Shown here piece by piece: positions 13,571 through 23,699 of a stretch of 64,000 bases of DNA (its first letter is position 1; each line of letters begins with the position of its first letter). Origin of the DNA: Clostridiales bacterium (lineage in GTDB: Bacteria > Bacillota > Clostridia > Peptostreptococcales > Anaerovoracaceae); contig SVCU01000010.1 of assembly GCA_015058215.1 (NCBI GenBank), positions 456 through 64,455 of the forward strand, read 5' to 3'. The notes below the pieces were generated by a model. That model was not told the DNA's origin. It saw nothing but the letters and a program-made list of their open reading frames with translations, and ran no database searches. The position numbers and the translations under genes were made by a program.

Positions 13571-13620
13571 AGTTTCGTTCTCCCGTCTTATTTCTGTAGT
13601 CCGTAATCGGTTCACTCGAT

Positions 13621-14454
13621 TTACTTCCATTCTCCGTACTTTTCTCTGTATTTGCGAAGTGCGGCAAGATGTTCTGTCCCGCCGATGATTCCCTTTTCTG
13701 CTGCACCAATGATATCATCCAGCGTCACGATGGAATGCACTTTGACCCCGTAGATTTCTTCCAGTTCCCTTCTCGCGGAAAGAGATGCACCTTCGCCTCT
13801 TTCCATGCGATCCACAGAAACAATCACATTGGTCACTTTTTGTCCGGAATTCTCCCGCAGCACTTTCAGGGTTTCCTTCAAAGTCCCTCCGGAGGTCAGC
13901 GTATCTTTGATCAGCGTTACTTTATCATGGATATCCGGCTGTTTCCCCACCGAGTGATCGATGTAATACTGAATGTCCATGCCGTAGCGATTGAACAGCA
14001 CCAGGCTCGCTGCGATCATAATTGGGATCTCTCGGGAAGTATTTCCAACCAAAAGATTGGTTTCCACGTTATGCTCCCGCATGCATTCCGCGTAAAACTC
14101 ACCCAGCTTTGCGATCTGACTGGCAGATCTGTAGTTTCCCGTATCAATGAAATAGGGTGAGATCCGCCCGCTTTTCAGCCGAAATTCTCCAAACTGGAGA
14201 ACCCCATTGTTGATCATGAACTGGATGAATCGCTCCTTGTAGTTCAGCGCATCCAAGCGATAGCTGAACAGTTCATCCATGGTGATGCCGAAAAAACGAG
14301 CGATGACCGGAAGCATGGCGATATCCGGTGCGGAAAGATCATGTTCCCATTTGCTGACCGACTGCGGAGACACGTTCAAAACCTCTGCAAGCTGTGCCTG
14401 GGTCATGTTTTTGTTCTTCCGAAGACTTTGCAATTTCGTTCCAATGGTTTTCAT
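13621..14454 (-). CDS. XRE-family HTH domain fused to an orotate phosphoribosyltransferase-like domain
   Basis: N-terminus LRKNKNMTQAQLAEVLNVSPQSVSKWE (HTH_3). The remainder is colinear with E. coli-type PyrE (FGEFRLKSGRISPYF ... LIKDTLTSGGT ... HLAALRKYREKYG). Start at ATG 14454, after AAGGAG. Confidence 0.85.
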   Translation of the reverse strand: MKTIGTKLQSLRKNKNMTQAQLAEVLNVSPQSVSKWEHDLSAPDIAMLPVIARFFGITMDELFSYRLDALNYKERFIQFMINNGVLQFGEFRLKSGRISPYFIDTGNYRSASQIAKLGEFYAECMREHNVETNLLVGNTSREIPIMIAASLVLFNRYGMDIQYYIDHSVGKQPDIHDKVTLIKDTLTSGGTLKETLKVLRENSGQKVTNVIVSVDRMERGEGASLSARRELEEIYGVKVHSIVTLDDIIGAAEKGIIGGTEHLAALRKYREKYGEWK

Positions 14455-14549
14455 CACTTGCACTCCTTTTGACACTATTCTAATCTCCTGATTCCCAATT
14501 TCCATACAGTTCCGGTTGAACTTTTCGCAACCAAAGGTTGAATTTTGCA

Positions 14550-14578
14550 GAAAGAAAAGACGGCCCAAAGGACCGTCT
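14550..14578 (-). terminator. Terminator after the rhomboid gene
   Basis: AGACGGTCC-TTT-GGGCCGTCT on the minus strand, followed by TTTTCTTTCT. Confidence 0.55.
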
Positions 14579-14590
14579 GATAGATTCAAG

Positions 14591-15166
14591 TTATGCTTTT
14601 TTATGTTTTACCAGAGCGAAGCCGGCAATGCTGCCTACGATGCCGCCCAGAATGTGGGCCAGCTGGGAGACGTTGTCGTTCAGGGCCAGTCCCTGATAGA
14701 TCTGCTGCCCCAGATACAGAATGGCCACCAGAAGGAAGGTGACAGGGATCTCCCCTTCTTTCACGCCGGTGAAGGAAGACAGCAGGATAAAGGCAAAGCA
14801 GACACCGCTGGCACCGCAAAGGGCGATGCCGGGGAAAAAGAGCCAGTTGATCATGCCCGTGACAAACCCGGTCAGCAGGATCACCGTCACCACCCGTTTC
14901 CAGCCGTACTTTTCTTCCAGCATGGGTCCCAGCAGCAGGATGTACATCATGTTATTGATCAGATGAGGCCATCCGGAGTGGCCCAGCACATGGGTGAAGA
15001 ACCGCAGCCAGGTCATGGGGTTCAGAAGTGAAGAATGATAGGTGGAAAACAGAAGCCGGTTGGCACCGCCGAAGGTCATCAGGTTTGCCGCCAGTGCCCC
15101 AAGGCAGAGAATGGCAAAGATCAGGACGGCCGGTGAATTAAATCGGATCTTAAACTTGTTTTTCAT
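14591..15166 (-). CDS. Rhomboid-family intramembrane serine protease
   Basis: Polytopic membrane protein with HSGWPHLINNM and GASGVCFA (GxSG) motifs. Confidence 0.85.
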   Translation of the reverse strand: MKNKFKIRFNSPAVLIFAILCLGALAANLMTFGGANRLLFSTYHSSLLNPMTWLRFFTHVLGHSGWPHLINNMMYILLLGPMLEEKYGWKRVVTVILLTGFVTGMINWLFFPGIALCGASGVCFAFILLSSFTGVKEGEIPVTFLLVAILYLGQQIYQGLALNDNVSQLAHILGGIVGSIAGFALVKHKKA

Positions 15167-15184
15167 GCGGTCACCTGCTTTCTT

Positions 15185-16075
15185 TTATTCCAGATACGGC
15201 AGACTGCGGAAGCTTCCCTCCGTAAAGGTCCACTGGGCGGTTTCAAAAGGATAAACAACTTCCTGTTCGTAATACCAGGGATCCTCCTCGTGACGCGGGT
15301 TGCGGATCACGTGAAATTCCTGGGCGGGCATATATCCCTGCGCCAGCAGGAAGGCTTTCTTCCCTTCGGCATCCACACAAACATCGGCTACCATGACCAC
15401 ATGGCCCGGGCTTCCGCCCTTGATGAATATATCGCCGGGCTTCAGTTCGCTCAGCTTTGCAGGAGCGGATTCATTTGCCATAGAAAGAGTTCCGGCATAG
15501 GAAAACACCATGCGCAGATACTTTTTGAAGCAGTCATAGGAATCGTCATAGGATGCGGATTTTATATAGCTCACATCGTTTCCGCTGACCTGGATGCGGT
15601 AACCCTCCCGCCACTTGCTGTACTCGGCCAAAAAGCCATTCGTAAAATGGAAGGCGATCTTTTCCGCCTGGCCGCTGCCATACAGGTATTCCGCGTAGAC
15701 CCGCATGATGGAGTCTGCGCATTGCTGCAGATCTGCGTTTTCGATGGGCAGTTTGAACACGGCCGCATGGGCATCCTGCACGCCTTTTTTACTGCCATCG
15801 TACAAAAGAACGGGGCTTCCGTCCTCTTTCAGTTCGTACTTTCGCAGAAATTCAGTAAAGCTGCCCGCTTTCGTCTCCGTGCGGTGATAGCCTTCCGGCG
15901 TGGAAATGCGGGTTTCCAGAGTGGTTCCTGCCGGATCGATCAGATCCTTGCTCTGCTGCGTATTCTGCTGATTTTCCCGATTCTGATGGTTTCCCTGCTC
16001 TTCCTGTTTCGGGCTGCAAGCGGTAACGCTTAGCACCAAAAGCACAGCAAGGCACAGTGCTGCTGCTCGTTTCAT
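15185..16075 (-). CDS. Secreted lipoprotein of unknown function (possibly DUF4846-like)
   Basis: Start at MKRAAALCLAVLLVLSVTAC (signal peptide plus lipobox). Uniform coding signal. Family name is uncertain. Confidence 0.75.
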   Translation of the reverse strand: MKRAAALCLAVLLVLSVTACSPKQEEQGNHQNRENQQNTQQSKDLIDPAGTTLETRISTPEGYHRTETKAGSFTEFLRKYELKEDGSPVLLYDGSKKGVQDAHAAVFKLPIENADLQQCADSIMRVYAEYLYGSGQAEKIAFHFTNGFLAEYSKWREGYRIQVSGNDVSYIKSASYDDSYDCFKKYLRMVFSYAGTLSMANESAPAKLSELKPGDIFIKGGSPGHVVMVADVCVDAEGKKAFLLAQGYMPAQEFHVIRNPRHEEDPWYYEQEVVYPFETAQWTFTEGSFRSLPYLE

Positions 16076-16115
16076 ATTCAGTTCCCCTTTTCTCAATTCC
16101 CTTTTGTGATGCGCC

Positions 16116-16703
16116 TTATTTTCCCAGAATACGGCGTACCTTGTAGATGGCGGCCAGAGTTTTGCCGTCGATGATCTCGCCCCGGTCGGCCATGTCGGTG
16201 AGTTCGTCCAGGTCGATGGCTTCCACGTTGAGGAATTCGTCCTCATCGGGGTTCTGCTGCCCCTGGTGCAGACCTTTGGCCAGATAGAGCCAGACGGTTT
16301 CCGTCATGCAGCCGGGAGAACCGGCCATCCCACCCAGAGAGATCATCTCGTCGGCGGTGCAGCCCGTTTCTTCCTGCAGCTCGCGGACTGCGGTCTCCAG
16401 CGGAGTTTCGCCGCCCACGTCCATCTTGCCTGCGGGGATCTCCAGCATGACGCGTCCAAAGCAGTAGCGATACTGCTTGACACAGAGCACCCTGCCGTCC
16501 TCGGTGAGAGGAAGCACCCCTACGCCGTCGCAGTGGTGAGCCACTTCCCGGATGGAGGTGCGGCCGTTGGGCAGTTCCACCCGGTCCTTTGCGATGCGGA
16601 AGATCTTGCCGTCATAAACGGTGTCGGAGGACAGCTGCTTTTCCCAAAGTTCCATGGGCTGTGCGGCATTTACTGCCTGCAGGCCCTTCTTTTCTTCTGC
16701 CAT
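16116..16703 (-). CDS. ADP-ribose pyrophosphatase-type NUDIX hydrolase
   Basis: Nudix box GKMDVGGETPLETAVRELQEETG. TAATG overlap with the ftsY stop. Confidence 0.85.
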   Translation of the reverse strand: MAEEKKGLQAVNAAQPMELWEKQLSSDTVYDGKIFRIAKDRVELPNGRTSIREVAHHCDGVGVLPLTEDGRVLCVKQYRYCFGRVMLEIPAGKMDVGGETPLETAVRELQEETGCTADEMISLGGMAGSPGCMTETVWLYLAKGLHQGQQNPDEDEFLNVEAIDLDELTDMADRGEIIDGKTLAAIYKVRRILGK

Positions 16704-17596
16704 TAGTCGAACAGCTCCTTTGCAAATTCTGCGGAGGAGAAGGCCTTCAGGTCTTCCATTCCTTCGCCCAGACCCACGTATTTTACGGGGATGTCGAATT
16801 CATCAGCGATGGTGATAACGATACCGCCCTTGGCAGTGCCGTCCAGCTTGGTGAGCACGATGCCGGTGATCTTACCGATCTCGCCGAATTCCTTCGCCTG
16901 GGAAACGGCGTTCTTACCGGTGGAGCCGTCCAGCACCAGCAGGGTTTCGCGGGCAGCTTCCGGGTATTCACGGTTGATGACACGGTCCATCTTTTCCAGC
17001 TCAGCCATCAGGTTTCTCTTGTTCTGCAGACGGCCTGCGGTATCGCAGATCAGAACGTCGGTCTTGCGGGCCTTGGCGGCCTGGATGGCATCAAAAATCA
17101 CAGCGGAAGGATCCGCACCCTCCTGGTGTCTGATCACATCCACGCCCAGGCGGTCGCCCCAGACGCAGAGCTGCTCGGCAGCAGCGGCGCGGAAGGTATC
17201 GGCAGCGGCGATCAGCACGCTCTTTCCTTCCTTCTGCAGCTGGTGGGTCAGCTTGGCGATGGTGGTGGTCTTGCCGGCGCCGTTGACACCGATCATCAGG
17301 ATCACCAGCGGAGTTTCCTGGGAAAGCTTCTGGGCTTCCCCCTTATCCATAAGGCCGGCGATGATTTCGGTGAGGCGGGTCTTCACTGCGGCGGATTCCC
17401 GCAGGCCCATGTGCTTCACGTCATCACGCAGCTGCTCGATGATCTTTTCGGTGGTAACCATGCCGATATCGGAAATAATCAGAGCTTCTTCCAGTTCTTC
17501 CAGAGTATCTTCGTCGATCTGGGGACGCTGGAAAATGACTTCCTCGATTTTTTCCTGAAGTCTTCCGAAGAAGGATTTTTTCTTGGTTCCAAACAT
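16703..17596 (-). CDS. ftsY: Signal recognition particle receptor FtsY
   Basis: GVNGAGKTTTIAKL, DTAGR and TKLDGTAKGG SRP-GTPase motifs. Confidence 0.95.
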   Translation of the reverse strand: MFGTKKKSFFGRLQEKIEEVIFQRPQIDEDTLEELEEALIISDIGMVTTEKIIEQLRDDVKHMGLRESAAVKTRLTEIIAGLMDKGEAQKLSQETPLVILMIGVNGAGKTTTIAKLTHQLQKEGKSVLIAAADTFRAAAAEQLCVWGDRLGVDVIRHQEGADPSAVIFDAIQAAKARKTDVLICDTAGRLQNKRNLMAELEKMDRVINREYPEAARETLLVLDGSTGKNAVSQAKEFGEIGKITGIVLTKLDGTAKGGIVITIADEFDIPVKYVGLGEGMEDLKAFSSAEFAKELFD

Positions 17597-17659
17597 AACG
17601 GGTTCCTTTCTTTAGGGAAGGGTTTATGGGTTTTCCGCACCCCTGGGGCGCGGGCAATC

Positions 17660-20600
17660 CTACAATTCGAATTCGTCTCCCAGCTTCAGGGAGATGACCT
17701 TGGAAATACCGCGTTCCGGCATGGTGACGCCGTACAGCACATCCGCATATTCCATGGTGCGCTTCTGGTGAGTGACCAGGGCGAACTGGATCTCGCGGAA
17801 GTCCTTCTGCAGGTAGGCGGCGAAACGCTCGATGTTCATTTCGTCCAGAGCGGCTTCCACTTCGTCCAGGATGCAGAAGGGAGTGGGACGGGCTTTCAGG
17901 ATGGCGAACATGAGGGCGATGGCGGTCATGGTCTTTTCACCGCCGGACAGCAGATTCATGTTCTGCAGCTTCTTGCCGGGGGGCTGGGCCACGATTTCGA
18001 TGCCGCATTCCAGAGGATTGTTTTCGTCTTCCAGATGCAGGGCTGCGGTACCGCCGCCGAAAAGGGATTCAAAGGTCTTTTCGAAGTTCAGGCAGATCTG
18101 ATCGAAGCTGTCCTTGAAAGCCTTCTTAATGTTGCGGTCCATTTCGTTGATGATCTGCACCAGAGCATCCATGGCCACCTGCAGGTCTTCCCGCTGGGCG
18201 GTCAGGAATTCATAGCGTTCGGATACGGTTTCGTATTCCTTGATGGCACCCACGTTGACTTCGCCCAGAGCTTTCATGCGAGCCTTGATGTCGCGGCTTT
18301 CCTTGACGGCGGTGCCCATGACGAAATCCTTCTTGCGGAATTCCATGGCCTGCACGTAGGAAACTTCGAAATCCTCCCAAAGGCGTTCTTTGTAGTTTTC
18401 AAGGGTGGTCTCGTTCTTGCCCAGCTGGATCTCAGCGGTCATCTTTTTGTTCTGGAAGTCCAGAAGCTGGGCATCCATGTTGTTCTTCTTTTCTTCTGCT
18501 TCTCTGAGGATGTTCAGAATGCCGAGACGCTCTTCCTGGGCCTGACGAGCCTGGTATTCCAGGGAAACCCGTTCTTTTCTGCGTTCTTCCAGACGCTGCA
18601 GGGCACCGCCGGAGCCTTCCAGAATGGAGCGCTTTTCTTCCGCCAGAGAAATGTAAGTGAATTCCTTTGCTTCCTGCTGCAGAGTGAGGTCCTGAATGGT
18701 TTCGTCGATGCGGCTCAGCAGGCTGTCGATACCGGCCAGGTCGCCCTTGAGGCCCTGTGCGCGAAGGCGGGCGTTGGTGAGGGCTTCGGATTTTTCATCC
18801 AGAGCTTTCTTGCTGGCTTCCCCTTCTGCGGTGCAGATCGCCACCTGTTCTTCCGCGGCTGCGGATTCTTCTTTTGCTGCAGCCACTTCGGCTTCCAGAG
18901 AGGCGATCAGAGCTGCTGCGTTGGTTTCTTCCTCTGCGATGCCGGACAGTTCCCGTTCCTGCTTGGAACGGCTCCCCAGAGCATCTTCCATCTGGGCTTT
19001 CAGAAGGGTCATGCGGTTTTCCGCAGTCATGAGCGCCACTTCTGCTTCCCGCAGGCGGCCTTCCAGCCCTTCGCTTTCGCCGCTCATGTTCACTGCCTTT
19101 TGGGTCAGATCCGCCTTTTCTTTCAGCAGCGTTTCTTTTTCTGCAGCCAGCTTCTGCAGATTTTCTTCCAGACGCTTGGCTTCGCCCTTTCGTTCCAGAA
19201 GACCTGCGGTGGTGTTTCTGGATGCACCGCCGGTGATGGAGCCGCCGGTGTTGATCACGTCACCTTCCAGGGTGACGAAGCGGAAGCCGCTGACCTGCTT
19301 GGACATGGCCACTGCGTTGGACAGCCTGTCCACGATGATGACACGACCCAGCAGGAACTGGATGGCCTTTTCGTATTTGCTGTCGTAGGACACACATTCC
19401 GTACCGAAGCCCTTGAAGCCGGCCAGGGAGCGGATGCGGTTTTCGTAATTGGGGAGGCTGGGACGGATGCTGCTGAGAGGCAGGAAGGTCAGACGGCCTG
19501 CCTTGTGCTCCTTCAGCGCTTTCACGCCGGCCTGAGCGGTGGCATCGTCGCGGCAGACGATGTTCTGCACACCGGCCCCCAGGGCGGTTTCCACCGCCAC
19601 TTCCAGGCCCTTGGGAACATCGATCAGTTCCCCCACAACGCCATGAATGCCGGGAATGCCGGATTTCATCAGGAAACGAACGCCGTAGTTATACCCTTCG
19701 TGGGCGGCCTCCATTTCCTGGATCACACGCTGACGGGCAGAGGCCTGTCCCATGGAAAGCTTCACTTCTTCCAGCTTACCGGCCAATTCCTTCTCACGGA
19801 GAAGGGCCTGCTGCAAAGCCCGGCGAAGTTCGGTCAGCTCGGCAGCGGTTTTTTCCTTGTTTGCCTTTGCTTCCGCAACGAAACCGCCGGCTTCCTGCAG
19901 GGCGGCTGCCAGAGCCTGCTCCGCTTCGGCGGACTGCTGGCCCTCCGCTTCCAGCTGCTCCTTCCGGCGTTCCAGAGAAGCGTTGATATTCTTCAGGCTG
20001 TTGATTTCGCTGTTCTTATTGCTGACCAGGCTGTAAAGTTCGTAAATGCGGTTTCTGGCTTCTTCCAGTTTGGCCATGGCCGCGCTGTTTGCCCGGGCCA
20101 GTTCTTCCAGGTCAGCTGCCTTTTCCTCCAGATCCTGGGTATAGGCTTCCAGTTCATCTGCGATGGCATCCCGGTTTTTCGTCAGTTCTTCCCGGTTGGT
20201 CAGTTCCTTGGCCTTCTTTTCTTCCAGAAGAGCCTTTTCTTCCTGAAGACGGGCGCGGTCCTTTTCGATGGTCTGCAGCTTTTCCTGATCCAGCTGGCCC
20301 TTGGATGCGAGGCTGTTGATCTCTTCGATGCAGTCAAACAGCTTCTGCTGGGTCTCACCGCCCAGAAGTTCCAGTTCTTCGCTGCGTTTGCGGCTGTCTT
20401 CCACTTCCTTATCGATGGCTTCTTTTTCTTCCCGATAGGATTCGATCTGGTAGGTCAGTTCCGCGATCTCGTCTTTGATGTATTCGTTCTTCAGCTCGAT
20501 GTTTTCGATGTTTTTCAGCACCACATTGATTTCGATGGCCTTGTACCGTTCCCGGAGCTCCAGGTATTCCTTGGCCTTGATGCTGTCCTCTTTCAGGGTA

Positions 20601-21208
20601 TCGATGCGGGATTGGATTTCCGTGATGATATCGTTGACGCGGTCCACGTTGCCCTTGGCGGTCACCAGCTTACGTTCGGCTTCGCTCTTCTTGGTACGGT
20701 ATTTCACGATACCGGCGGCTTCTTCGAACATTTCCCGGCGGCTTTCGGGCTTGCCGCTGACGATCTCGGCGATCTTGCCCTGACCGATGATGGAGTACCC
20801 GTCTACGCCGATACCGGTGTCCATGATCAGTTCACGGATGTCTTTCAGGCGGCAGGGCACCTTGTTGATCAGGTATTCGCTTTCACCGGAGCGGTACATG
20901 CGGCGGGTGATGGCCACTTCGTTGTAATCGATGGCCAGGCTGTGGTCGCTGTTATCGATGGTGAGGGTGACTTCCGCCATGCCGCGGCTCTTGCGGTTAG
21001 CGGTACCGGCGAAGATCACGTCTTCCATTTTGCCGCCGCGAAGGGTTTTGGGACTCTGTTCGCCCAGAACCCAGCGGATGGCATCGGAAATGTTGGATTT
21101 GCCGCTGCCGTTGGGGCCTACGATACAGGTGATCCCCTGGTTGAATTCGATTGTGACAGGTTCTGCGAAGGACTTGAAGCCCTGCAGCTCTAATTTTTTA
21201 AAATACAC
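17660..21208 (-). CDS. smc: Chromosome segregation protein SMC
   Basis: GTG start (VYFKKLELQGFKSF). GPNGSGKSN Walker A, long coiled coils, a hinge, then LSGGEKT signature and ILDEVEAALD Walker B. Confidence 0.97.
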   Translation of the reverse strand: MYFKKLELQGFKSFAEPVTIEFNQGITCIVGPNGSGKSNISDAIRWVLGEQSPKTLRGGKMEDVIFAGTANRKSRGMAEVTLTIDNSDHSLAIDYNEVAITRRMYRSGESEYLINKVPCRLKDIRELIMDTGIGVDGYSIIGQGKIAEIVSGKPESRREMFEEAAGIVKYRTKKSEAERKLVTAKGNVDRVNDIITEIQSRIDTLKEDSIKAKEYLELRERYKAIEINVVLKNIENIELKNEYIKDEIAELTYQIESYREEKEAIDKEVEDSRKRSEELELLGGETQQKLFDCIEEINSLASKGQLDQEKLQTIEKDRARLQEEKALLEEKKAKELTNREELTKNRDAIADELEAYTQDLEEKAADLEELARANSAAMAKLEEARNRIYELYSLVSNKNSEINSLKNINASLERRKEQLEAEGQQSAEAEQALAAALQEAGGFVAEAKANKEKTAAELTELRRALQQALLREKELAGKLEEVKLSMGQASARQRVIQEMEAAHEGYNYGVRFLMKSGIPGIHGVVGELIDVPKGLEVAVETALGAGVQNIVCRDDATAQAGVKALKEHKAGRLTFLPLSSIRPSLPNYENRIRSLAGFKGFGTECVSYDSKYEKAIQFLLGRVIIVDRLSNAVAMSKQVSGFRFVTLEGDVINTGGSITGGASRNTTAGLLERKGEAKRLEENLQKLAAEKETLLKEKADLTQKAVNMSGESEGLEGRLREAEVALMTAENRMTLLKAQMEDALGSRSKQERELSGIAEEETNAAALIASLEAEVAAAKEESAAAEEQVAICTAEGEASKKALDEKSEALTNARLRAQGLKGDLAGIDSLLSRIDETIQDLTLQQEAKEFTYISLAEEKRSILEGSGGALQRLEERRKERVSLEYQARQAQEERLGILNILREAEEKKNNMDAQLLDFQNKKMTAEIQLGKNETTLENYKERLWEDFEVSYVQAMEFRKKDFVMGTAVKESRDIKARMKALGEVNVGAIKEYETVSERYEFLTAQREDLQVAMDALVQIINEMDRNIKKAFKDSFDQICLNFEKTFESLFGGGTAALHLEDENNPLECGIEIVAQPPGKKLQNMNLLSGGEKTMTAIALMFAILKARPTPFCILDEVEAALDEMNIERFAAYLQKDFREIQFALVTHQKRTMEYADVLYGVTMPERGISKVISLKLGDEFEL

Positions 21209-21210
21209 TG

Positions 21211-21948
21211 TTACACCTCGTTCTTGTCAGTTTCTTCGCTGAGCTGCTGCAGCCCTGCGGCGGCGGCCTTCTGTTCCGCTTCTTTCTTGCTGTGGCCCTG
21301 CCCTTCTCCCAGCTTCCGGCCTTTGGACCAGACGCTGACATAGAAGGTTTTATTGTGATCCGGCCCTTCCTCGCGGTCGGTGGTGTACCGGATCTCTGCA
21401 TCGCCGTTCTTCTGCAGTTCTTCCTGCAGAGCGGTCTTGTAGTCTTTATGGAGCTTGCCGCTGGCGGCCAGTTCCAGGGTTTCCGCAAAGTGATGGAGCA
21501 CCGCCTTGCGGGCCGCTTCCCAGTCGCCGTCCAGATAGATGGCAGCCACAATGGCTTCCATGGCATCGGCCAGGATCGAGTTGCGCTGTCTGCCTCCGCC
21601 GGATTCTTCCCCTCTGCTGAGACGCAGATAGGCACCCACCTTCAGTTTCTTGGCACAGACCGCCAGAGATTCTTCGCAGACGATGGCGGCACGGATCTTG
21701 GTGAGCCGCCCTTCCTCCAGGTTGCGATGCTTCCGGTACAGTTCTTCGCTGATGATGGCATCGAAGAGCGCGTCGCCCAGAAACTCCAGCCGTTCGTTGT
21801 TCAGGTCTCCCGACTCCCGGCTCCCGTTGTGATAGGAGCTGTGGGTCAGTGCGATTTCCAGAAGTCTGGCATTATGAAATTCATACCCGAGCCCGGGGAT
21901 GGTCCTGCGGAGTTTATCGGTTCCGGCAGGGGCAGCCTTTTTATTCAA
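21211..21948 (-). CDS. rnc: Ribonuclease III
   Basis: NERLEFLGDA catalytic motif and a C-terminal dsRBD. Probable TTG start at 21948, 8 nt after GAGGAGGA. The ORF track extends to 21999. Confidence 0.9.
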   Translation of the reverse strand: MNKKAAPAGTDKLRRTIPGLGYEFHNARLLEIALTHSSYHNGSRESGDLNNERLEFLGDALFDAIISEELYRKHRNLEEGRLTKIRAAIVCEESLAVCAKKLKVGAYLRLSRGEESGGGRQRNSILADAMEAIVAAIYLDGDWEAARKAVLHHFAETLELAASGKLHKDYKTALQEELQKNGDAEIRYTTDREEGPDHNKTFYVSVWSKGRKLGEGQGHSKKEAEQKAAAAGLQQLSEETDKNEV

Positions 21949-22957
21949 CGCAGGTATCCTCCTCAATGCGGGCGATGGCTTCCTCCATGGTGGCAACAAC
22001 GCCCTGTTCTGCGTAAGGGATGGCTTTCAGGATGGTGTTCTTCACGGCATTTGCCTTGGAAGAACCGTGCATTTTCACAACGGCACCGCGAACGCCCAGA
22101 ATGGGAGCACCGCCGTACTCGGAGTAGTCGAATTCTTTCTTGATGGCTGCCAGCTGCGGGGCCAGTACCAGGGCACCCATCTTGCTGCGCAGGGTCTCCA
22201 TGAGGCGGGCCTTCAGCAGAGCGGACACGGATTTGCCCATGCCTTCGGTGGTCTTCAGAAGGATGTTGCCCACGAAACCGTCGCAGACGGCCACATCACA
22301 GCCGCCCAGGGGAACTTCACGGGCTTCCACGTTGCCGATGAAATTCAGTCCGTTGTTATTCTTCAAAAGCTGATAGGCAGACTGCAGCATGGCAGTGCCT
22401 TTGGTTTCTTCCACGCCGATGTTCACAAGACCGACCCGGGGGTTGGATTTCCCGAGGACCCGTTCCATGTAGATGTTGCCCATGACGGCGAATTCCAGCA
22501 GATTGTTGGCCCGGCATTCCGCGTTGGCCCCGGAGTCTACCAGCAGGCAGACGCCCTTGCCCAGAATGGGATAGGTGGCTGCGATGGCGGGACGTTCCAC
22601 GCCGCGGATCCGGCCCAGAATGAAAATGCCGCCAGCCATGAGAGCACCGCTGTTGCCGGCGGAGATAAAAATATCCCCTTCGCCGTTCTTCACCATGTTC
22701 AGGCCTTTGACCATGGAAGAATCCTTCTTGGAACGGATGGCACGCACAGGTGCATCCTCCATGGTGATCACTTCGGAAGCGTGGACCACCTGGATCCGCT
22801 TCTTCGCTTTGGGATACTTGTCCAGTTCTTTATGCAGAAGGGTCTCGTCACCGATGAGGATGATGGTATGTTCAGTAAACTTGGTTGCTTCGACGCAGCC
22901 CTTTACGACTTCAGCGGGAGCGTGGTCGCCCCCCATGCCGTCTACGATAATACGCAT
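21941..22957 (-). CDS. plsX: Phosphate acyltransferase PlsX
   Basis: MRIIVDGMGGDHAP N-terminus. Start at the internal ATG 22957, after GGGGAGAAAGG. Confidence 0.95.
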   Translation of the reverse strand: MRIIVDGMGGDHAPAEVVKGCVEATKFTEHTIILIGDETLLHKELDKYPKAKKRIQVVHASEVITMEDAPVRAIRSKKDSSMVKGLNMVKNGEGDIFISAGNSGALMAGGIFILGRIRGVERPAIAATYPILGKGVCLLVDSGANAECRANNLLEFAVMGNIYMERVLGKSNPRVGLVNIGVEETKGTAMLQSAYQLLKNNNGLNFIGNVEAREVPLGGCDVAVCDGFVGNILLKTTEGMGKSVSALLKARLMETLRSKMGALVLAPQLAAIKKEFDYSEYGGAPILGVRGAVVKMHGSSKANAVKNTILKAIPYAEQGVVATMEEAIARIEEDTCVE

Positions 22958-23075
22958 TTTGGTGTCCTTTCTCCCCACCCCCACAATTTGGGCAGGGTAC
23001 AACAAAATATATTATCATAAAATCCTCACCGGTGCAAGAAAATCAGCCTTCTTACGCGCGTAATAATGTAGTTTT

Positions 23076-23690
23076 TCAGCAGGTCTCCAGATGGAGCACG
23101 GAAACCTCATAGGCAATGCGGGTCTCAGCGGTGCCGTCCTCCAGTTTTTTGCGGTATTCCCGGCTCTGGATGCGGCCCTGGATCCGCAGTTTTGTGCCCA
23201 CGGGAAGGCCACCGCTGTAGCGGGCATTGCGTCCCCAGGCGATGCAGGGAATGTAATCCGATTTGTTGTAGGCCCGGTTCACCGCCAGCATGATATCGCA
23301 AAGCTCCCGTCCCAGAGGAGACAGCCGGTCCACAGGCGGTTTGCAGATAAAGCCTTCCAGGGTGATCTGGTTGCGGTCATCCGGCTCCGTCCCGGCGGGG
23401 CAGGCGGAAAGTTCCCGGGCGAACACCACGATGTTGAGCCGGCTTCGTTCCCCTGCCGGCTCATTATAAGTACGGATCTGCCCCTCGATATCGATCACAT
23501 CCCCTTCTTCCGGTTCCCGGTTCCAGAGGATCCGCTCCGAAACGATGACGGGGATCCGGTCTATGAAACCGCTTTTCCGCGCCACCCCCAGCAGCAAACG
23601 GTAAAAATTCTCTCCGTAGGATCTATGACTGAAAACGGGTACGGTCAGTACCCTTCCCTGCAGCTCTGCTCTGTTGGTCTCCTGTTCCAT
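23076..23690 (-). CDS. SSB-like protein with two tandem OB-fold repeats and no acidic tail
   Basis: Two internally similar halves: ...LQGRVLTVPV...IEGQIRTY...NIVVFARE and ...LEGFICKPPV...IQGRIQSREY...YEVSVLHLE. The SD GGAGG overlaps the stop codon of the upstream deacetylase segment. Confidence 0.65.
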   Translation of the reverse strand: MEQETNRAELQGRVLTVPVFSHRSYGENFYRLLLGVARKSGFIDRIPVIVSERILWNREPEEGDVIDIEGQIRTYNEPAGERSRLNIVVFARELSACPAGTEPDDRNQITLEGFICKPPVDRLSPLGRELCDIMLAVNRAYNKSDYIPCIAWGRNARYSGGLPVGTKLRIQGRIQSREYRKKLEDGTAETRIAYEVSVLHLETC

Positions 23691-23699
23691 GATTTCCTC

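Noticed and set aside
16589-21193. 1534-aa plus-strand ORF, the largest in the window
   Set aside because: It is fully antisense to smc, whose product has an unmistakable Walker A, coiled coils, hinge and signature motifs. The antisense translation is low-complexity (Gly/Ala/Leu/Phe runs) with no motif. Open antisense frames of this kind are expected in GC3-rich genes.
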